In this document: positions 1 through 11,435 of the stretch, piece by piece | How the letters are laid out: each line of letters starts with the position of its first letter | How positions within the stretch are numbered: position 1 is the stretch's first letter | DNA from: Paecilomyces variotii | Lineage: Eukaryota | Assembly: GCA_004022145.1 (NCBI GenBank) | Contig: RCNU01000006.1 | Direction: 5' to 3' (one strand) | DNA length: 64,000 nucleotides | The notes under the pieces: generated by a model | Seen by the model: the letters and a program-made list of their open reading frames with translations, nothing else | The model's database searches: none | Told to the model about the DNA's origin: nothing | Program-made: the position numbers and the translations under genes

Positions 1-618
1 GGGGCCAGATGTGGAATTTGAATATAAGACTGAAAGCGAGAACCCAAGCCAATAGGAAGCGGTCACGTTTTCGACAAAACCCCGCACTAAGCCTATGTAG
101 ATCTATTATTTCTGGCGATAAATCTATCTAAAGGCCCAAGAACGTGGTTTTGCTAAAGGTTTTTCTTCGCTATACTATGTGTTTTCTTCGGGATTGCAAA
201 AGCTATATCCCCGATGGCTCTTACCTATCGCCCTATATTAATAGTTTAGAGCTGCCACAATGCGGTTGTATATGCCTTGTACAGTCTGGAATTATGGCGA
301 ATCAAGTAAGTCATAGTAATGGAATTGTGCTATGTCAGGAACACTGGTAAAACATAATGTGGTTATTAACAGAGCCAGATAAACCTCTATCGCCACAGTG
401 AAAGGCACCGTTATTGCTATTCCCTTTCGAATCCAGTGATACTCCCAGGGGGCATATACATGTATATATGTGTAAGCTTTTATAAACACCTCGAATTTTA
501 TAAGGCGATTAAAGCTAAAAATAAGATAATACCCTATTAGTGTAAATGTGGCCTTGGTCCACAGGTGTTTGAGGATAGCTCTGCGTGCCGTCAGTGTGGT
601 CATGCCATTTGTGAACAT
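1..618 (-). pseudogene. Possible RIP-damaged gene remnant, product unknown
   Basis: The 108-aa minus-strand ORF frame continues to the window edge, interrupted only by TAA/TAG stops (as expected from CAA/CAG/TGG after RIP). No family recognised. Confidence 0.25.
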
Positions 619-841
619 TGCGATTATGTCCCTCAGACTTAGCTACAGTATATCTTGATATATAATAGTTATCACTGAGTCGATGATAATCTATTATACC
701 CTAGAATTCGCCTAAGCTATATAACTTACTAGTGTTATTATTCGGCTACTAGGTAATTATAATTTGTTGGTTTAAGGTAATAAGTATATTTACCTCTAGT
801 GAAGGTATAGATAAACAAGCACGATTCTCCAATTCAAAAAA

Positions 842-896
842 AGAAGAAGAAGAAGAAGAAGAAGAAGAAGAAGAAGAAGAAGAAGAAGAAGAAGAA
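842..896. repeat. (GAA)n microsatellite, ~18 units
   Basis: Perfect trinucleotide run seen directly. Confidence 0.95.
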
Positions 897-1154
897 CGAA
901 AGAAAGACTTAAATATAATCTTCCCTTACCGCGGGACGATCTAGGAATAGAAGCCTTGAGTTATTACTCGGTTGAATCAGCTTGCAATCCTGTTCCAAGT
1001 CGCGCACAAATGTAGTGATTATTCAAGCCTATATAGAGTAGATTAGTGAAAATCTATCTGAAAATAGAAACTGGGAACCAAAGAGTCTTCAGATTATCTA
1101 TAAAGTATAGGCGAATGCTCTAAGACCTGCTAAGGTCTCTTTGGGCGATTAATA

Positions 1155-2364
1155 TCAAACATCCTCCTTCGTGTCCTGCCGATCGATTAGCCTAGCCGCA
1201 GGTGTGGACTTGTATCCCTTAACATCGGCGCTTTCCAGGAATTTGCGGATCTCAGCTTGCTCTCCATCGCTGAGCTGAACATTGAGAGCATTCCAATTCT
1301 GCTCGAGGTACTTGATCTTCTTAGTTCCAGGAATCGGGATCACGTCATCACCCTGTTTTAGAAGCCAGGCAATCGCCAACTGGGACGGTGTACATCCTTT
1401 CTTGTCGGCGAATGTCTTGAATTGGGCGACAAGCTCGACATTTTCTTTGAAGTTCTCTTCCTGGAAGCGAGGGAACTCCTTTGCGCGCATGTCTCCTTCA
1501 CCGCTGATAGACTCCTTGGCCATGAACGCTCCGGTGAGCATGCCTCGTCCAAGCGGAGAAGAGCAGACGATGGCAACGCCGAGTTCCCGGCAAGTTTGGA
1601 TCAAGTTCCCGCTGGCTTCGGTTTCAACATCCAGCACGAAGGGAGAGTATTCCATTTGGACAGCCGCGACATGCGCGACCTTACAGGCCCGTCGAAGAGT
1701 GTTTGAATTGACCTCACACAGTCCAATGTGCTTAATCTTCCCCTCTCTGGTAGTCATTAGATCAATGTCTTGACTTAAGGAGCGGTCTTCTTACGCTTGC
1801 AGTTCCGCCATCGCTCGCATAGTCTGCTCGATTGGGGTGGCAGGGTTGACACGATGGGCATAATCTTGTAAGGGTCAGTTCTCGAAATGAAGACAGCCTG
1901 CAATCGTCATTTGGGGGGGGAGCTGGTGCACGCACAGAGATCGATGTAATCGACGCCTAGTCTCTGCAGACTCTTCTCGCACGTCTGCTTGCAATACTCG
2001 GCTGAGCTATTGATGCCCTTGAACTGGAACTTTTCCAGGTCCATGACGATCCCGAATTTGGACGCCAGGAAGACTTCGTTTCGTTTTCCCGTGCGCTTGA
2101 ACCATTTGGCGATCAACTCTTGGTTATCGAGGTAGACACTGCGGTGGGTCAGCGCGGTCAGGATTCAAGGACGCTTGAGGCTCACTCAGCGGTGTCCCAG
2201 AATCTGGCACCTAATTCAAAGGCCCGGTCCAAGACTTTCAAGCGCTCTTCATCGCCAGGCGGTTTGCCATAGAGACCAGACAAGCCCATCAGCCCGTAAC
2301 CCAACGCTGGCACGCTGGGACCATCCTTGCCTAGCTGGCGAAGCGGGACCGATTGGACGGACAT
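1155..2364 (-). CDS. Aldo-keto reductase (AKR13/YakC-like), 4 exons
   Basis: Motifs LGYGLMGLS, FWDTADVY, VFLASKFG, SLQRLGVDYIDLYYAHR, AAVQMEYSPF, IPIPGTKK. GT-AG introns at about 2185-2139, 1935-1865 and 1794-1749 join the ORF fragments in frame. Confidence 0.93.
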
Positions 2365-3004
2365 ATTGAAGCAGGGAAGTCAGGAAGATTGGTCGTGGTA
2401 CGGTGAGAGTGGATGATTGACGAGATGTAGATTCTTCGAAGCATGGAAGCATTATCTATATTTATAGGGAGCGCTCTTCGGTCGAGACCGGCACCAGTCG
2501 TGCCCAATTTCGGGTCCCCTCAAACTCCGTGAGGTTGTCAAGTCGTTGATTTGCATTTATGGAAGGCTGAGCAATCCATAAAGTCCGGTCATAGGTAAGT
2601 AGACCCCCCGAGAGCCCGCAATGGCAAGCGTTGTCCCATTGTTTTCTTCTTTTTTCTCTCTCTCTACCAGTCGAACGGCTGATATTCCGAGCAGACCAAT
2701 CAACATGTCTTGTACGACGGCATATAATTAAATAGCTTAGCATAATTAAGCTCAAGAAGTATGGTGTATAACGACCAGTCGTTGACGGACTATATAGTAA
2801 TTATAGTCACTGTCCAACCAAAATGCTAGATTGCCGAGCCCGCCAATGAGGTTGCCTGCTATCGAGAAAAGCTGGACCATTTGTTCCCAAACCACTTCCG
2901 AGCCGGCCAATCGACATCCCGCACCGCGGCGTATATACTTACGTCCCTTTCCCTGCTCTTCGCCTTGCTCGGGCGGGCATCGTGGGACATTCCACGCCTT
3001 GGTC

Positions 3005-4778
3005 ATGATGGATCAAAATGGCCGGTCAGATCATCTGGGAATCAACCGTCGGAGACGCCAGGCCCGCGTGAAATCCGGCTGCCGGACCTGCAAGTAAGCA
3101 AGTTGCTCCCCATCGCTCGGCAAAGATCGCAGCTCATGCGCCATGTAGGATCCGCAAGGTCAAATGCGATGAAGCCCGTCCAGCTTGTCACCGGTGCGTC
3201 TCTACCGGTCGGGTCTGCGATGGCTACGGCATCTGGGGAGGCGGCGACTCATACGGCAACCGCCAGCGCTCCCTGGCATCGCAGCATGGCGGCGTCATGT
3301 TGTTGTCTCTCGCCAGCCGTTCAAGGACGGCAGACGAAGGACAACACTTCGAATGGTTTCAGCTGCGGACCGTCACGAAGATGCCCGGATTCTTCGCTCT
3401 GCCCTTCTGGAACACGCTCCTCTTCCAGGCGGGCCAGACTGAGCCCGCGATCTGGCATGCCATCATGACCTTGAGCGCCGTCCATCGACGAAAGTTTCTC
3501 CATCTCGACAACCAAGATGAGTGCGCCAGGGACGCCATTGATGACCAGGAGCAGTTTATGTTGCGGCATTACACCAAGGCCATTGGCCACCTCCGGTCTC
3601 ATACCCCCGACAAAAGTAATGGCTCGTCAGTTCGCATCGCGCTGATTGCGTGTGTGGTCTTCGTGTGTCTTGAATATCTGCGTGGGCGCTTTCGAACTGC
3701 TGAAACTCATCTCCAAAGTGGATTGAAGATTCTCAGCGAACTGCAGAACCCATCCAGCACGCGCGACAAGGGGATCATCCGCCTGCAGCCGTCTCAAGGA
3801 GACGTCGACGATTGGATCGTCGAGGCATTCTCCAAGCTGTACCTCCAGGTCGTTCTATTAAGACAGCGCCATCAGGATCCTTGCATACTCCTGCAAGGCT
3901 CTATAACGATGACACAGATCCCCAGATTTCGCTCTTTCGACGAAGCATGGGTACCGATGGAGCGGCTGTTGAGCAAAGTCCTCTATCTGGCCGAGCAATT
4001 CCGCCACGCACAGGACCCAGCAGCATCTCTCTCTCACGAGCATCCCTCAACATTAGGCAACTGTCAACGACTCCTTCAGACAGAGCTCGCACAGTGGTTC
4101 GCTGCGTATGAAGCATCCAGGCAAGAGCTATGTAGAAAAGATGATGAAGATGAAGAAATCGCCTACCAGATGTTAGGTGCATACCACGCCATGATCACTA
4201 TCATGGCACAGGCTTGTCAATGGCCGGATGACGAGTCAATCTTCGATCTGTACACCGACCAATTCATCGCTATCATCGATCGACTGATAGTCATATCGAA
4301 GATCCGGGCGACCAGATCGCAACCCCAGGCACTACCCGGGCAGGGGCATTACCCGCCCATGTCCAGATCAGTCATCCATATCGGATGGAGTCCACCACTT
4401 TACTATACCGCCCTCAAATGTCGCGTCCACCGAATAAGACTCCAAGCGATCAGACTACTGGAATCTTCTTCGCGAAGGGAGGGTATCTGGGACGCGAGCA
4501 TCACCGCATGTGTGGCGCGGAGGGTAATTCGCACCGAAGAACGGGACTTCTATCGAGATTTGGATACTGCCGACGACTTCGACCTTAATAGTTCTCCGAC
4601 CCGATGGGGTCTATCACTTCCCACGATCCCCGCTGTCTATCGAATACACGATGTAACCGTGATCCCGCCGGATGGCCGAATGGACACTCTCACGCTGTCC
4701 TACAGGCAAGAGACCAGCGCAAGCTGGGAGCTTTGGACGAAGGTATACGACATGTCTTCGCAATGCTGGATAGATTGA
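3005..4778 (+). CDS. Zn(II)2Cys6 transcription factor with C-terminal fungal TF domain, 2 exons
   Basis: Splicing intron 3094-3148 gives [32 protein letters not shown], in frame with the 493-aa ORF (EPAIWHAIMTLSAVH, CVVFVCLEYLRG, HLQSGLKIL). Confidence 0.92.
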
Positions 4779-4841
4779 GGAGGCGACATGTGATGCAACA
4801 TTCCTTGCAGCGCGTTGAGCCCTGAGCGATGGTATTTACAG

Positions 4842-4865
4842 TATATATATATATATATATATATA
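4842..4865. repeat. (TA)12 microsatellite
   Basis: Seen directly. Confidence 0.9.
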
Positions 4866-5769
4866 GTGGCTATGTCTGCGAATCCGCCGCCCTTTAGATC
4901 ACAAAGGACCATCTAGACAAAAATAAACCGTAATAGTGCCTCCAGTGTTTATGGTAGGGAATCCTTGCACTTGGGAACTTCAAGCATCGGGGCTATAGCT
5001 CCTCGTGAGCGGTTCCTTCGACAGAACCATATGACCACGGTAGATACCATCTACAGTGTACCATAGCGTCTGTCTCTAATTGCCACGTGGGTGGCGGGGG
5101 GAGCTCAACGGTTTTCTCTTAACCAAATGGTTAATAATAATAATTATTAACTACTGCGTGAACAATTGTAAGCCTAGGATACCATATACGGTATGATAAT
5201 AATAATAATACCCCAAGTAGAGTACATACCATAGTCTGAAGTCGCTTCATTAACCCCTCAGTTCTCGTGATTAGCCAATTGCTTGTCGGACGGGCGATCG
5301 TCGGCGCTAGATCGCAGTTGGGCGCGTAGACAGGCCTAAAATAAAACGAACATCAATGAATGCCCCAGACTCAAGAGTCCCTTGCTGGCCCCTCCCCCAC
5401 CCGGATTTGCTAGAGCCTAGTGTGCCGCCTAGTGATAGTCACACGGGGCCAGTCGTCAATCAGTCGGCTTGGTCATTGTTCCCCGGCCATGTCATGCGCT
5501 GGTTGGCAGCTGCTCCCTCGATGTGACTCAATCGGCCTATCGTCGTCCGTCGGGGCTGGCTGCCTAGCCGATTATCCATGGAAGTGGGAGGGGGAGGAGA
5601 TGTGAGAAGTGAGAGAGGGAGAGACGGAGAGGGAGAGGGCGCTGGAGTTGGAGCTGGGTTCGATTGGATTGGGTTGGCTTGGTCAATGGATTGGTGAAGG
5701 AACAGCGACTATCGAGAGTCAATCAATCGATAGTGGGAAAGACCAAAAAAAAAAGGAGGAAAACGGATT

Positions 5770-6011
5770 GAGTTGAATTGGATTGAATTGGGTTGACTGA
5801 TTAACTGATTGATTGATTGATTGATTGACTGACTGGCTGACTGGCTGGCTGACGGACTGACTGCTAGTTAACAAACGCGCAAGAGAAAGAATTCGTTTCA
5901 AGATACGAATGGCTTCACCACCAGAAGGCTGTGCTGCTACTTAGCAATCTTTGGCCCAACCCGATGAGAAACGCAGCAGCCTGAAACCAGTCATCCATCC
6001 ATCCATCCTTT

Positions 6012-6048
<37 letters not shown>

Positions 6049-6432
6049 GCGCCCCGCTCCCCCCTCCATCCATCACAGCCTTCTTACTCAGTAGTATCAC
6101 TCACTCATTGTCAGCTGCAAAAGAGATACCCAATACCTACTTATTGGCACCATTCCCCCAGACCCCTTTCGGACTGTCTCTCTCCCCCCTTTTTCTTTCC
6201 CTTTTCTTTTCGCACTGCCGTTTCTTCTTGCAAGAACACTCCTTCTTGGAATCAATCAATCAATTTGATTAATCCATCAATCGATTAATCAATCAGTCAG
6301 TCGCTCTGCCGGCGGAGGCTGCAACACATCAACTCTCTCACCGCAACCATTCCTCCCCCTCCCCGCATCTCCTAACTTATCTACCCGCCTGTGATTCATC
6401 CTGCGACAAGGACCCCACGTTCCTGGGTTGCC

Positions 6433-6473
<41 letters not shown>

Positions 6474-6520
6474 CTCTTCTCTCTCTACCTATCTCTCTCT
6501 GTCTCCCTCTCTCTCTTGCT
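5770..6520. repeat. Microsatellite-rich region upstream of the SWIRM gene: (TTGA/CTGA)n, (CT)n ~6014-6046, (CAT)n ~6433-6472
   Basis: Low-complexity runs seen directly; probably promoter or long 5' UTR. Confidence 0.8.
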
Positions 6521-6880
6521 GGTCTCGGATATACCAAGAGGAATTAATTGCACTCGAACACTTTCCACCGGGCCAAATTGCTTTATCGGCCATTGTCAGC
6601 CTTATCGCCGAGGGGAACACCACCGCATCGCCCGTATCGCCACACCAGACAACACAAAGAAGCTGCCCTGACAAATCATCTTCACGTGCGATTTGCCAGC
6701 GTTCTGGACCAACTTCCATTAACTTCCACATCGCCTTGCGCCTCCAGGCATCGTCATTCATCGCCTTCAGCAATATATCTTTGCGCTGACACTTGATCAT
6801 CTCAATTCATCCATCCTCCCCCGCTCTCCTCCCCCTCAATCCTGGTCTGAACTGTGCCATCTTCGCGATATCGCCCGGTG

Positions 6881-8062
6881 ATGACTGCACCTGCTGCCGT
6901 TTCACCGTTTGGACAACACCAGAGGACCATCATGAATAATCTACCATCGGTTTCCAGCCTGATGTCTCCTCCAGAGGCGAAGCCCTACGACAGTTTCCAG
7001 TCGACATTCTCACCATATACCATGTCTCAAGACGCATCTCTCCACCAGGAGGTCAAACTCCCTCCAATTTCCGCTGAGCGCAAGCGTGCTCAATCTGAAG
7101 TCGATCTGCCATCGCCACCCGTCACTCCCTACACAGGCAACAAGAAGAGAAAGTCGAATACATCAGAACATTTCGAAAAGGAGGTGGCCGTCGGCTCATC
7201 CAGAGATCCCGTACTATTTCCTCGCAATGACTCGATCGTCGATGTCGCCACCGACGAGCCTCTCTTTGAACCGGTACTCGCCCCAGCGGCTGAGGCGCTG
7301 GTGGATGAGCATATCAATTCTCACATGGCACGGTTCGAGAACAAGGTGAACAAGCCAACTCGAGATGAATATCTTCTTGCATTGTCATGTGTGCCCATCG
7401 TTTCGACTGTCTACAATCGCAATCCTGCCGCTTGGGCAAGGCGAGAGCGGGAAACTCTGGAGCAACAGCTGGCCATGATGAACAGATATCGTCCCGAATC
7501 GACCCAGACCAAATTGAAGAAAATCGCACCAGCCCCGACGAAGAGGAATCAACCGAGTCAGGCCCGACCTAACCGGACGCCGCGTGTAAAGCGCACACCG
7601 AGATCGACGCCCAAGCAGAATGCGCTGGATTCTTTTGATGTGCCACCTTCCGCCCCCTCAAGAGCGCCTCGTGTCATTGGAACAAACAGAGACGATACAG
7701 ACTACGCATCATTGAAGGATTATTCTCCTCCAATCGAGACGCTCGGTGGCAACACCAAAGCGCTGAAGGCGGATTGGAAAGGCCAGATGCTCGACCTTAG
7801 CAATGACCCAGATCGTCACGCTCTCAATCCAGCTGAAATTAATCTGGCTGCCACTCTACGTCTCTCATGCGCGACGTATCTCTGCAGCAAGCGTCGCATC
7901 TTCGAGGCTCGTGTCAGAGCTCTCAACATTGGAAAAGAGTTTCGAAAGACGGATGCGCAGCAAGCGTGCAAGATAGATGTCAACAAGGCCAGCAAGCTCT
8001 GGACCGCATACGATAGAGTAGGCTGGTTTAAACCTGAGCATTTTGAGAAGTACCGCAAGTGA
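6881..8062 (+). CDS. FUN19: SWIRM-domain protein, FUN19-like
   Basis: Single exon, first ATG at 6881. C-terminal SWIRM signature LRLSCATYLCSKRRIF...FRKTDAQQACKIDVNKASKLWTAYDRVGW. Confidence 0.9.
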   Translation: MTAPAAVSPFGQHQRTIMNNLPSVSSLMSPPEAKPYDSFQSTFSPYTMSQDASLHQEVKLPPISAERKRAQSEVDLPSPPVTPYTGNKKRKSNTSEHFEKEVAVGSSRDPVLFPRNDSIVDVATDEPLFEPVLAPAAEALVDEHINSHMARFENKVNKPTRDEYLLALSCVPIVSTVYNRNPAAWARRERETLEQQLAMMNRYRPESTQTKLKKIAPAPTKRNQPSQARPNRTPRVKRTPRSTPKQNALDSFDVPPSAPSRAPRVIGTNRDDTDYASLKDYSPPIETLGGNTKALKADWKGQMLDLSNDPDRHALNPAEINLAATLRLSCATYLCSKRRIFEARVRALNIGKEFRKTDAQQACKIDVNKASKLWTAYDRVGWFKPEHFEKYRK

Positions 8063-9075
8063 GACTGCTGGTCTACCGTCCACGATCTATGTGCTTCATC
8101 ACAGATATCTATGTCGGCATGCATGTCCTATTCATTGATTGGTGACCTCGCCGACCTTTGCCCTTTCGCAACGGTATCGATCCTGGCTTTATTATCGTGG
8201 TATAGCAGGCCTATGCCCATCATAACTCGCAGTTTTGTACGACGGGAAGGCGGTGGCAAGGCAAGGGTGGCGATCAAGGTTGCAGAGAGTTGATCATCTC
8301 GCCCATCGCTGCAGGCGTTCTGTTTCGTTTTCAGTCTATTACCCAAACATGGGATTCTGTTTTCTTTCGGGCTTCGTTTCCCGCAGACGGTTGCATCATG
8401 GACACTCGGGGTTTGGCGCTTGGTCTTGATTTTACAGGAGAATCAGAATGAGTAACTTGGGTCTCCTTTTTCTTTTTTTTTTCTACATCTGCTTTTGCTC
8501 ATACGGATATTCGTCGGTTTTTGCGCACCCAGCATTATGGAATGGTACACATGCCCAATACCCCCGTTTACAGACACTTCTGTTCATAGAATGAGAATGA
8601 ATTGCTTTGAAAGACATCACCATCAAGCCGTCGATCCAAGTAGATCCGACCATAGTCTCTCGTTCGAAGACCTTTGAGTGGGTTTGTTGTAGGTGGTGCG
8701 CTACTCCTTTCTGTAGCAAACATGATGCACGCGGAACCCTGGTAGGGACTCTATACTTAGGAACAAGGCCAGATACACGGCCGTTGGCGCTTAATCTGCA
8801 GTGGGGATCGTGTAAGTATGTAGTAACAGGGATAGTTTGCTGACTCTAATCTCTCTATCGTTACCGTCGCCTAGTTTCGGGCCCCCACCGCGTCACGTAC
8901 GTCCGAGCTCGGATGCGCCCATGGAACAGCTGCGATCTTCGTGACCTCGAGGCTTTTGAACGAACTAATTAAATATCATCTGCTGCGGTTTTCAACTTCG
9001 TTCTGCTTTACGATGACTGCCGTCGTCCGTCCGAGGCCTCGAGTGTCTGCCTAGCCTCAAAGGAGCGCCGGAGCC

Positions 9076-10235
9076 ATGGCGAGAATCAAACACGGGGTAT
9101 TCTCCTGGGAGGATGTATTGGCGCAACGATATCAGAGTAAGTGAGGTCTGTTCTCAGCACTAAATCCCATCCCTATCAGAGCTATCGTAGCATGGCTTTG
9201 GTGGTCTTGTGATGCCATCCATCCCTGACATGTATGGAGAAAGATCTCTCTGCACTCATATACTATACGTGATGTATTCAAAACAGACATGTTCAATGTA
9301 TTATTCTCCTATAGAATTGAAGTTACTAACACGGGGAGTGAAGGTAATAAACCATCCGCCCTACCCAAACCGAGAAGACGCACACTTGCTGGTCAAGAGC
9401 ACCCCGAGGAATCTCCGCAGTCCGATACGGAATCAGGAACACCGACGCAAGATGCATCTTTGCTCTTGACGAGACTTTCTCCGGAAGTTCGATTAATCAT
9501 ATGGGAGCAAGTTCTGGGCGGAAGACGTCTGCATATCATCCAAAAATGCCGTAGGCGACTCTGTCACGTTAGCTGTCCGCTTCGTGAGTCCTGCGACATC
9601 TGTCGCGGCGGCCTCGCACAGCCTGCGAAGGATTGCGAGGTCCCACACGACTGGGATCTGCTGTCATTACCAATGACATGCAAACAAATGTGCGTTGAAC
9701 CGGTTCTAGGTGTTCCTTGATTGTCGCCTTGAGGATATGTTCCCGCTATTCCCAGCGGCTTGGATCTGACTTGAAAACTAGTTATCACGAGTCCATACAT
9801 ATGGTGTACTCGTTGAATACGTTTGAGTTCAGCAACACTTGGTCTCTTACGTACCTGCGTCCTACCGTCCCGCAGGAGCGGTGGGACGAGATTCGCGCGG
9901 TGGAACTGAAATGGGCTTTCCCTGGCCACTGGCTTCCCAGTAAAGATCCCGTGAAGACTATCTACGTCTCCGCCGGTCGTCAGCAGTGGCTAGACACGTG
10001 CAAGGCTATTACCAAGATGAAGAACCTCCAAGCGTTTACCCTCTCTCTGACGGGGAACTGGTTCAGTGAGCCCGTGGAGAAGATCCCGGTCTTTCTTGAA
10101 CCACTGAGGGATCTGAAACTGAAACAGCGCTGGAATGTGCAGCTTCCGGAACAGCCGTATTACATCAATGAGATCTCAGAGCTGAACGATACCATGCGAA
10201 AGAGAGGCGTTGATTGCTCGATACAGATCGCGTGA
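9076..10235 (+). CDS. Conserved fungal hypothetical protein (DUF7730-like); 5' exon structure unresolved
   Basis: SLLLTRLSPEVRLIIWEQVLGG...LSLPMTCKQIYHESIHMVYSLNTFEF after splicing intron 9690-9781. The start at ATG 9076 is tentative. Confidence 0.7.
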
Positions 10236-10686
10236 TGTGATGCAGTTGAACCAAAGCTGATTTCCGTGACTTGATCTGACAGCAATTTGAATAGAACCAA
10301 AGCCTGCCCACGAAGCTTTGGTGTTTGGACGCATTTGAGATAGACATGTGTTAAGGGCGTCTGGGTTAGATGCAACCATTTGCTTATTTTGCTATAGCGC
10401 CTCACAATAGATATGTTTGGAACTTTACAGCATGGGTGGTTAACTAATCTAATGTAGTTTCGAGAAACAGCTTATTCCGACCCAACTCAGAAAGGAAAAC
10501 AGTGTCGAGAATAAATCCGCTGTCTCGAGAGGTCTAGTCGGCCACGCCTGCCATAAGAGCAACGTGCGCTCGACAAAAGAAGTATTCTTTCTCAGACTGT
10601 CTTGTTTTCGTTCGAGTTCCGAGCGCATAAAGTGCATCATCGTCTGGACATTCATCATATTCACGGAAGCATTGGGTCTATCCCTT

Positions 10687-11050
10687 CTACCATATCACCA
10701 GCAGCGATTTCCATTCAGTCCAGTCAGACCGGGGCTGGTCTGTATAATCTGCACCTTCCGGGTCAATTATCCAGCACCTGTCCGTGTTCTCGTCCCAGAT
10801 AATGTTTGTATCGTGTACAAGACCATAGGAGTAAATTCCCGAATAGCCTTCCCAGGTGCATCCCGAACCCCGTCTCTTCTCCGGAGATCGAATGTATTCC
10901 AATCATCCAGATTTGTTCCAGGAGTCTTTTCTATTTGAAACGATCGTCATACAGCCTTCGAACATGTTAATTACCTCTTTGGCCTTGAGCCTCATGGCCA
11001 ATATAACGCGGTGTGCATGTGGGGCTCTACGTATTCTGGAACATTTCCAA
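10687..11050 (-). pseudogene. Degenerate atypical protein-kinase-like gene fragment
   Basis: Across frameshifts and stops: TCTPRYIGHEAQGQ...IEKTPGTNLDDW...VRDAPGKAIREF/YSYGLVHD-TNIIWDENTDRCWIIDPE. This resembles kinase catalytic-loop and DFG-position motifs of small fungal kinase-like proteins. Confidence 0.6.
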
Positions 11051-11435
11051 TTCACGAGTAGACCAGATGCTAGGGACGATTGATTCATAGATATAAAAAT
11101 AAACTTATCGCGTTGAGAAAGATAATCGGGACCTGGCACGAGTTAAGCACATCCAAGCAGCACGGGGAAACGACTACGATCATTGACGGTCCGATCCGCT
11201 GTCCTTGCGCATTGATCTGAACTGGAATGTGAATCTCTCCGCCTGTTGAGAAGGATCATTTTGACCTTCTTGAAATGGCTAGTTCTGGGCGGGTCTGGAG
11301 CCGATAAGATAATGCGGAGGAACAATGGCACAAGCGACGAAGTACACTAGAGTACCTAAATACAAGAAGCCACTCCATCGCCTTCGTTGGCATCTCTTGA
11401 TCTTCTCTGTCGTCTTGCATCTTGAAATAGTCACC

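Noticed and set aside
6289-6800. Poly-His and poly-Met ORFs
   Set aside because: Artefacts of the (CAT)n and (CT)n microsatellites.
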